From: Stramenopiles sp. TOSAG23-3
Taxonomy: Eukaryota
Assembly: GCA_900128585.1 (NCBI GenBank)
Contig: LT642197.1
Span: 1 to 36,317, forward strand
Length of the DNA: 36,317 nucleotides
Reading direction: 5' to 3'
A model generated the notes under the pieces. It was not told the DNA's origin and did no database searches. It worked only from the letters and a program-made list of their open reading frames with translations. The position numbers were made by a program, and so were the translations under genes. This document shows, one piece after another, positions 18,888 to 27,558 of this stretch. Positions within the stretch are counted from its first letter, which is position 1. Each line of letters opens with the position of its first letter.

Positions 18888-19598
18888 TACTCTTTGTATG
18901 CTCTAAACAGTCCCCACTACTGGAATTTAATCGATCCGACTCGAAAAAGAACTGCTCGTGCATTCCTAACTGTCATTACTTGTTATCCATTTATATACGT
19001 ATTATATTTAAAACATTGCTTTTCAGTTTTATTGAAGTTTGTTATTTTTTTATATATTTTATTATTATTATTATTATATTATTATTACTATATTTATATA
19101 AGCTATTATTATTAGTTATAAATATATTACTAGTGTGTTGTTGTTGTTGTCTTCTCTATATTATTATATTTTATTTGTTTTAATGTTGTTGTTGTTGTTG
19201 GGGTACCCCTGCTGCTGAACCAATAGGTGGATGAAATTAAAAGACACAAATATGAAGTCAGTCGTCCGTCCTCCCATAAAAAATCCCCTTCTTCTTTCTT
19301 CTTTCTTCTTCCTTCTTCTTCAACATTTTTTTTTTTTTTGTTTGTTTGTTTGTGTTGGTGTTTATTAGTAGTTATTATATTTTTTATTAATAATAATATA
19401 TTGTGTGTATAGTAAAAGTAAATATTTATTATTATTATATAGTACAAAAATGAATTATTTGGAGTTTAAAAACAAACAAGCAAAGAAAGGAAATAAAGGT
19501 TTCAGGTGCTTCACTACGGTCACAGATAGTAGTGGATTTTATTATTTTGCCCATCATTGCATTTGTTTTAATGGTCGTATCGACCACCGTTTAATATT

Positions 19599-20835
19599 AT
19601 GATTAACGCAGAACACTATGCTTTAGAAAACGAGGCCTTCAAGCAACTGCAAAGCCTTAGGCAACAAGAAGTGCTCTTTTTCTCCGACAGGTTCAACACC
19701 CTTGGTACCCAATCTGCATTGATAGGGGGATTTGTAATTTCTAGTTTCACGTGCATAAATCCTACCAAAGTACTGGAAGGTAAGGAGGAAGCAGTTACCT
19801 TTACATCAATAGCGTACCTTTACTGGATCAGTGGTGCTCTCTCTTTAGCGTGTTCCTTGCATACAATTTTGAACTCAACGTTCGGTACGTACCTCCTTCC
19901 TTCAGCCCTTTGCCCAATCAACTGTCTAACATCAAAAATCTGTTTCTGTCCATTTTTCTACAGCGTCCATATGGGGGACCGGACTTGCGCTCCGGGGACC
20001 AGACGGGAGTGTAAACAAAGCATATTATATTTTAAAGGAAGAAAATAAGCACGTAATGGCCTCGTACGTGATGTCGTTGGTCTTTTTTATGGTTCACGCC
20101 GCGCTCTGCTTCAACATAGTAGACGAGGGGGAGCGAATGAGCCTTATATCGATCTGTTGCATGTCAGTTATAATACTCGGTGGAATGTTTTCGGGGTGGA
20201 CTCTCCGAAAAATGAAGAGTCGTCTGCGGTACAAAAGTTCCGGGTTAGCCCATAAATTCAAAAAACAAAACCGTTGTTACTTCTACTTGCGATACTTTTG
20301 CTGCTTCGGGGACGATGAAAAGCTCCTGACTGAACAATGGGACGATAAAAGCGCTGCTTTGCTCTTGCACGAAATCGGGGCGACCACCTCGCGCAGTGGT
20401 ACCTTTGAGTCACGGGGAAAGTCATTTTTAACCAAGGACATTGGGTGCGAAGGTTATATGGAAAAGAAAGGTGCTTTTTCGTCTCGCCACAACATGGGCG
20501 TGCTGGCAAAGTGGAACAAACGCTATTTTTTCTTGGAAGGTTCGGATTTGTACCAGTTCGAAAACGAAGCGAGCTGCTCTGCATGGGTTAGCGCGTGCGA
20601 GAACCGGGACGACGAAACTCAGCTTCCCCCGTTGCCGCGCGGGGCAAAAGTGATCAATTTGGACGGATTTGAAGTATTAGTCGTCGGCGCGGCTAATTTT
20701 ATTTTGTCACCAATTATTGTGCAGGAAGGAAGCACGACCGGATCGCAAAAAATCGTTTTCCGTTGCGAGTGTGGGGGAAATAGGCGAACGTGGGTAATGG
20801 CGCTCGCAAAAGCCACCTATTCAATTACGCATTGA
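19599..20835 (+). CDS. Orai-like 4-TM protein fused to a PH domain, paralog B (385 aa); exons 19599-19884, 19964-20835
   Basis: Splicing joins ORFs 19599 and 20056 through STFASIWGTGLALRGPDGSVNKAY. PH domain: EGYMEKKG...KWNKRYFFLEGSDLYQF...INL...FRCE...RRTWVMAL. Confidence 0.88.
19885..19963 (+). other. Spliceosomal intron of paralog B (79 nt)
   Basis: GTACGT donor, CTAAC at 19926-19930, pyrimidine tract, CTACAG acceptor. Phase 1, in an Ala codon. Confidence 0.88.
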
Positions 20836-21309
20836 TTGAAAACAAGGTGGTGAGAACCTTTTTATTTATTTGTTATTTTTTAGCACATTTTTTTTAAGCG
20901 ATTAATTATAAGGTTGTTGGTGGGGAGATATGATAATAATATATAAAATTGGAATAATAGATGATGGTGTGTGCGCATCTTCTGAAGAAGAGATCAACAA
21001 CAAAAAATAATAATAAAAAAAAATTATAAAATAGACGACTATAATACGAGACGACTAATAAAATATAATAATAAATAAAATATTTCCCATCATTATTATA
21101 GTAGAAGAAAGATCTCATTTTTTTGACGACTGTATATATTAATAATCTTCTTGCCAATATTTATATTCTGTATGTGGGCATGTTCGTTTCCTTAGAATTT
21201 CAGGCAATTAAAACAAATGGGTTGGTACTAGTAAGAAACAAGTTGAGGATTAATAGGCGATAGAAAACATTTTTTTCATTAAATTTATCCATTTCAAAGG
21301 TTCGCCACC

Positions 21310-22521
21310 ATGATTTCAGCAGAACATTACGCGCTGGAAGACGAGGCTATCCGCGATTTGCTCGTGCTACGAGAACAGGAGGTAAAGTATTACACTGGTG
21401 CCTTGAATTCGGTTGGCGTGCAGTCAGCATTGATTTGTGGATTTTCTGTAACGCTACTGGCATGTTACAGACCAGGGCACGAGTCATTAGATTTTCTGTT
21501 GTACTGGTATTATATCTCGGGGGCGCTGTCGGTGGCCGCCGCTATGAACTCTGTTATTTCTTCTGCGTTTGCCTCCATTTGGTAAGTAGTCCCTCTTTTC
21601 TCGCCGTTCCATGCCTTTCCGTGCTAACGGCGACGACACATATTTTGCAGGGGGAGTGGCTTGGCCCTCCGAGGCCCCAACGGGTCTGTCATCCGGGCGT
21701 TATATCTTCTGGAACAGGAAAGCCAGAAGGTTTTGACGTCATATTTTCTGTCGTTGGTATTTTTTGCGTTCGAGTGCATGGTAATGTTTTGGTTTGTTGA
21801 AGATCCAGGAAAGCCAAAGCCTTTCAGAGCCCTGCACTCGGTGTCTTCTGCAATAATCTTAGGTGGAGGAATCTACACCACAACCACGCATCTTAAAATG
21901 AAATTCCGGTTGCGAGTAAATGAGGTGACACACGAGAGTGACGACACGTTCCAGGGCATTTCTCTGACAGAGCGTAGTATTCGTAGTCCCAGCAGCGTCT
22001 TCAATGATGTCAAAAGCACCTCAGAGATTGTCGTGTCCAAGTTCATGAGGTTGTTTACGGGCCAACAAAGAAGGAAGAACATACTAAAAGCGGGCCAGAG
22101 TTTTGCCCACGAGGGTTACTTATACGCCAATGCTCGTCGCAATAGTGCCGTTGAAGGAGAGAGAACGAACGCAGGTTCTTCCCACACGCCCGAAAATGCG
22201 TGGGTCAAATTTTACGTAGTCCTGGATGGCACATGCATGCATTTGTACGATTCAAAAAAAACCTACGAGGAGCGGAAAGGGGGTGGAAGTGGTAGCTCTA
22301 GTGCCCTAGGGTCTGCGGGCGGGAGTGTTTCCCTAAGGCAACGTGAAATTTTGGTCTCCCAGGAGACGCTTGATGGGCAAAAATTTGGGTTCTTTCTAAG
22401 AAACACGAGCAACGAGGCGGAAAATTCACAAACAACATTTTTTGCTACAGAGTCGGAAGTAGACCGGCGAGCATGGGTCCAGAAACTGGCTACATGTATT
22501 TTGTTCAACCCCAACTTATAA
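21310..22521 (+). CDS. Orai-like 4-TM protein fused to a PH domain, paralog C (380 aa); exons 21310-21581, 21651-22521
   Basis: Splicing joins ORFs 21310 and 21661 through SAFASIWGSGLALRGPNGS. TM1 QSALICGF; TM3 FFAFECMVMFW. PH domain: HEGYLY...AWVKFYVVLDGTCMHLYDS...FFATESEVDRRAWVQKL. Confidence 0.88.
21582..21650 (+). other. Spliceosomal intron of paralog C (69 nt)
   Basis: GTAAGT donor, GCTAAC branch site, TTTTGCAG acceptor. Splits the Trp codon TG|G. Confidence 0.9.
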
Positions 22522-22814
22522 AAACAAAAACGCTAAATATGGAGAAAAAATAAAATGAGAGTCGTCTTAAAAAATAAAATAAATCATATAGTATATGCGC
22601 TTCAAGACTCTCGTTTTATACCAACGCTAAATATGAAAAAACAAATTATATCAATTTGTTTTTTCTCCATAAAATCCGTACGCACGTAAGGACACACGTC
22701 CTGGTATATTTTACAAAATACATTTTTGTACTGTAAGAATCCAGAAATGTATATTCGATTAATTAAAACTTAATCGTATGAAGTTGATCTCAGATTCTTC
22801 AATAATCCCACTCC

Positions 22815-23510
22815 TCAGCTCCTTTTCTCTTTTTCACCTCCGGATGTCATTTTCATGCAGCTCTTTGCGGCTTTGACGTACAAAAAGCAAAAGCCGGGCA
22901 CGTACAGGGGGAAATAGACGTACTTAATAATTTGAGCGAGGGACACGTTCATGAACAAAATGTCGCCCGACGCGATTCCCATTGCCCTGTACATTGCCCA
23001 CCCCTCCCCAACCCCGCCCAGAGGATACAGCACCAAAGGCAGGATGTACCTGGCGTTCGACAATGCGGCCGGGGGCTCCCCGACAACTTTAAAAATAAGC
23101 CAGGGGAAGCGAATGCACTCCGTAATGATCCACGCGAGCAGAAAGAGGAACGTAGACAAATGCAGCTGGACGCCATGGTGGCGATTTACCGTCAACAAAA
23201 GGACGATGTTTCGAACAACCAGTTGAAGGGCCACTGAAACAATGTTTGAGGGGATAACCCCTACCAAACTCAGCAATATCTCAACGAAAGCGAACGTCTG
23301 CAGGAAAACTACGATCGGGCCCACCGTTGGCCAAGCCAGGGCACCGACCCTTTCAGAAAAGTCGTGGGGACCTTTGCTTCCCCCAACTTTCCAAAGAGAT
23401 GCCGCGGCATATATCCACCCCGAGGCCTGCACCAGGTTGTACAGCAACGCAATAACTTTTTTAGCGGACGAAGGTGGCCATTTATGACACTTTGGTAGAC
23501 ACACGTTCAT
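22815..23510 (-). CDS. HACD: Very-long-chain 3-hydroxyacyl-CoA dehydratase (PTPLA/PHS1/HACD family)
   Basis: LYNLVQASGW, QTFAFVEI, LQLVVR, AWIITECIRF and RYILPLVLYPLGGVGE (catalytic Tyr and Glu positions present). Basic C-terminus EKEKRS. Confidence 0.88.
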   Translation of the reverse strand: MNVCLPKCHKWPPSSAKKVIALLYNLVQASGWIYAAASLWKVGGSKGPHDFSERVGALAWPTVGPIVVFLQTFAFVEILLSLVGVIPSNIVSVALQLVVRNIVLLLTVNRHHGVQLHLSTFLFLLAWIITECIRFPWLIFKVVGEPPAALSNARYILPLVLYPLGGVGEGWAMYRAMGIASGDILFMNVSLAQIIKYVYFPLYVPGFCFLYVKAAKSCMKMTSGGEKEKRS

Positions 23511-23992
23511 CGTTTTGTTGTGGTGTGGTGGGGGAGACGGGAAAGCTACAAGGACGACTGTCGACGTTTCTTCTTTTCTCTATTGTTAAACAGGAAAGTT
23601 GTTCAGTTGACTTTCTTTCTATCACGTCTGTTAACGTTTTAACTATTTCCTCGGTGCTGGCTTCTCTGCGAAAAAAGCAAGATTGATTTGGCATTTACCG
23701 TAATAACTACTAACAAAACAAGGTTTCTTTCATTCATTATCTTTATTTTATTTATTCAAAAGAAGGAGGACCGACGACCGACCAAAAAAATATAAAGAAG
23801 GAAAATAATCCGCTCTAGGCTCTAGCTCGATACAATTAATTATACACCTGTCGAGTGGAAGGAATACCATAAAGCATAAAGCATAAAGCTAGCATTGCAA
23901 AAACAAAAAAGTTGAAAAAAAAGGAATGCATGACAAGGACTTCCCGTGTGGTCCCCCACCACAGTACTAACCTTGCTCGATGCCGCTTAACT

Positions 23993-24147
23993 NNNNNNNN
24001 NNNNNNNNNNNNNNNNNNNNNNNNNNNNNNNNNNNNNNNNNNNNNNNNNNNNNNNNNNNNNNNNNNNNNNNNNNNNNNNNNNNNNNNNNNNNNNNNNNNN
24101 NNNNNNNNNNNNNNNNNNNNNNNNNNNNNNNNNNNNNNNNNNNNNNN
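23993..24147. other. Assembly gap (N run)
   Basis: Run of N adjoining a (GAA)n tract. Confidence 0.99.
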
Positions 24148-24398
24148 AAGAAGAAGAAGAAGAAGAAAGAAGAAGAAGAAAGAAGAAGAAGAAGAAGAAG
24201 AAGAAGAAGAAGAAGAAGAAGAAGAAAAAGAGAAAAAGAAAAGAAGAAGAAGAAGAAGAAGAAGAAAAGAAGAAAGAAGAAGAAGAAGAAGAAAGAAGAA
24301 GAAGAAGAAGAAGAAAGAAGAAGAAGAAGAAAAAAAGAAGAAGAAAGAAAGAAGAAGAAGAAAGGAACGAAGAAGGAGGAGAGGAGAAGAAAGAAAAA
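24148..24398 (+). repeat. Imperfect (GAA)n microsatellite / polypurine tract
   Basis: About 250 nt of aag/gaa repeats. Confidence 0.97.
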
Positions 24399-24591
24399 TA
24401 ATAATAAATATATAATATAGAAAGACTAATAAAAAACAAACAAAAATTATTTGCATCATTATATATATATACGTATTTACTGATTTATAGAAAAGGAAAA
24501 GATTGGATGTGAATTGCATGGAAAATAGATAAATCAATCGATGTATCGCTTTTATTTTGTGTCTGGTGTGGAATAGATAGAAGATAGATAG

Positions 24592-27226
24592 ATGCCTTTA
24601 GAGTCTACGGGTGAGTTAGTGGACGCCCTTTGCCAACTGGAAGTTGATTTGGGGAGGCCAGTGGAGGAATTGGTTTTGGGTGGGGATGGGAGCGTGCTCT
24701 CGTTCGTGCCAAGGCTGTTGAAGGAAAAGGAGGAAGAAATGAAGGCGTTAGAGCGTGAAATAGACGGGATATGGGAGAGTATACCGGGGAGGTCTATGGC
24801 GTACGTATCGAAGATGGAAGAAATGGCAGTCTCCCTTGAGGATTCGATTAAGGCGATAGAGGCAAAGCGGGGCATGGCGACGGTGGAAGAAGAAGAGTTG
24901 AAGCCGACAGTTGAAGATATGTCGGGACCGTTGGAGCAATTGTCGCAATTGAGTTCTATCAGTGGCTACGTAAGCGCGTTCAAGCGGGCCACCAAGCTTT
25001 CTTCAGATTTGTTGCAGGCCATGTACAACGAAGAGTCGGCGAAAAAGTCGTGCGAAATATTTTTGTCCTTGCTGGGGCTCCTCCCCGCGTCCCATCACGA
25101 CGCCGACGGGGGGGAGCCCCCCCCCCTCCTCCTCCTTGCGGTTGTACGGTTGCGTGTTTGCCTTCTGTGAGGAAAACGTAGAGCAAGTGAAAGGTATGCT
25201 GATGGGAGATGTGCAGGGTGTATCGAAGCAGATGGAGTGGGGAAAGGATGCGGAAAGGCCATTTGGTTCCTCCTTGACCGAAGAAGCGCTGGCAAGCCTT
25301 AAGTCTAGCTTTTCCCGCTTGATGACATTCCAAATAGGCTGGGAGCGCGTCTCGCCGTTTTATTCGAAGCCCGAGGAACCTGGCAAAACCGCCTCCAGCC
25401 TGGTTTGGGCGGTCGAGGCGTTCGCGCAGCCCCTAATTTCACGGTTCATTTTCCACTTCGGGTCTGGGCGCGACACCGATAGAATCGACCGCCCGGGCTG
25501 GGCCTTTACGTGGCTGAAGGAATCGGTCGATAGGTACTTGCCGTTCGTCATGAAGGAACTGCAGCCAACGATTCTCGCTGCTGTTCGTGAAGTTATGGGG
25601 GTTTCCGGCCTCGACGATGCATTTGACAGCCGGTCCGACCTGGAAAGTATTGCTGCGTCCGTCCGAGAGAGGGTTCCCGGCCGGTACCATTCGATGAACT
25701 GCGGCCATCAGCTTTTGTCTACCATGGTTCATACGGAAATAAATCGGTTGAACACAAGGTACGACTTCATCATCGCGGACAATGCCGTGTACTCCAGGAC
25801 GTTGGAGCAGGCCGTGGAATTCGACATTTACTTGAACACCCATTTTCACTATTCCGAAGACTCCGCGCTGGGGGTCGAAGGCGAGAGCGAGCTACGGGCA
25901 GTCTCCCCCACGAAGGGTAGGGGGAGCCAATTGTACCACGTGGTCCCGGGCGTGTTTTCCACCAGCAAGGACCGTTTCGACTGGTGGATGAGCGTGGACG
26001 TCGAACATGTCGAGAAGCGATTGGCAGAGATGTGCGAAAACCCGAATGCATGGTCCAGACCCCCGACCGGTGCAGACTCAAGCGAAATTGCCGACGGGGT
26101 CGCTCGCATGCTGATTTCTTTGGAAAAAAGGCTGGGCGTTCTGCAAAGCGACCAGCACCGGCACACTTACATCACCCGAGTGCATTTTTCACTTCTGCGA
26201 CGGTTTCTCTCCTCCGCGTCGCTGGTCCAAACACGACGCGAGAAGGTTGCTGTCATAAACTCGTTAGTGCGGCTGAGCAATGTCACCAGCCGCCTTCGTT
26301 TCCAGTACTTGAGTTTGACAAAGCGATCCTCGAACCCCAAAGATAGCGCCATAGAACACGTAGAGAAATACATGCCGCAACTAGTCCGGCAATTCTGGTC
26401 GGTCGCAGCGACGTCCGCATCGACAGTGTCAAAAGTGGCGCTGAAAGGTTTGGTGGGACAGACCGGCGAAAGCAGCCCGCGCGAGGAGGCCAGGAAGATG
26501 AAAGCGCAGGAGAGCGTTGCTTCGGTGTTTGTGCCCATATTCCATGAATTCAAGGCCGTGAGGCACCAGATCATGGATGAGCTCGTGGAGAAAACGCTTC
26601 ATGATTTTCAGCGACGGGCGCTTTCGTATTATAATGAGTGGCACGACAGGACCAACCCTTACGACGGGAGCAACCGAAAGACTAATTTCTCCGGTGCCCT
26701 CAACAACCTTGGCGAATCGCTGGGGGAGCTTGGGAAAGGGTTGTCCAAAGACATGATGCGTGACATTTTGCGGGTCGCGGCGATACGGATAGACCACCTT
26801 TTTTTTGACAACGTTATTGTAGGGACCGTGTTCATTGATAAAGCGGTGCGAGAGCTCGAGTCCGATCTGCGTGCCATTCACCTCGTTCTGAACAACCTGG
26901 ACAACGAATACGCCTTTGATGGTTTTTTTCGCCTCTCCATCGAATCGTGTTTGATGCTGAACATGAACCGGGCGGAGCGATCGGGGCTTGTCACCGCCTT
27001 GAAGCAACTGTCGCTGGGTCACCCAAACCGCTATCCGTTTCGTTGGAAAAGTAGCGGCGGGTTTGAAGATGGAAATGGGGCTGGGGACAAAGATGGGGAC
27101 GAAAAGGCTGCATTGCAGGGGGTGCCAGACCATGCGCACGTTGAAATGCACAACATGCTGGTGACTAGAAACATTTGGGCAATGCACCCTGAGCATGCAT
27201 GCGCATTGGGCACGATGAGGCTATGA
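24592..27226 (+). CDS. RINT1: RINT-1/TIP20 family tethering protein, with an apparent +1 frameshift at about 25108-25126
   Basis: An N-terminal coiled-coil ORF (24592) continues into ORF 25136, which has the family-like motif PLISRFIFHFGSGRDTDRIDRPGWAF. The two frames differ by one base across a G7/C10 homopolymer. Confidence 0.78.
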
Positions 27227-27303
27227 TATTTGATAACTTCCGCACTTTGCACGAGATAAACTTAATCATATGAATTAAATGAACAACAAATTATGTGTGT
27301 CAT

Positions 27304-27465
27304 AAAAACGAAAAATTGGCAGTTATTTAAGTATGTTATTAAAATTAAAATGTATGATACTATGTTACGTTAAGTACGAACTGATCTAACCCTAACCTCA
27401 CCCAATAAAAATAAAACAAAAACAAGAAAAATTGGCTATTATTTTATAGTAATTAAAAGTAAAAT
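27304..27465 (+). repeat. Two copies of a dispersed AAGAAAATTGGCTGTTATTT-type repeat flanking a telomere-like CTAACCCTAACC
   Basis: Copies start at about 27304 and 27418. The same motif occurs at 36070-36207 (three copies) and inverted at 15728-15752. Confidence 0.75.
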
Positions 27466-27558
27466 ATAAACAATTTTAACTGATGTGTTCTAATTCGTAA
27501 GTATATTAAAGACGAAAGAAATGTCTTTTCACTGGTACGCCCGGCAAGCACAGAATGC

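Noticed and set aside
8597-23510. IDI-SQS, DUF1295 and HACD as a lipid/sterol biosynthetic gene cluster
   Set aside because: They are interspersed with unrelated housekeeping genes (RPL23, MED17) and there is no evidence of co-regulation.
23836-24537. Long poly-K/E/R and poly-F/L/S ORFs (also at 29236-29707 and 33028-33567)
   Set aside because: Artefacts of GAA/TTC microsatellites and N gaps.
27386-27396. CTAACCCTAAC, identical to the vertebrate telomerase RNA template, as a telomerase RNA gene
   Set aside because: It lies in unstructured AT-rich DNA between two copies of a dispersed repeat, with no supporting stems or pseudoknot. It is better explained as an interstitial telomere-like motif.
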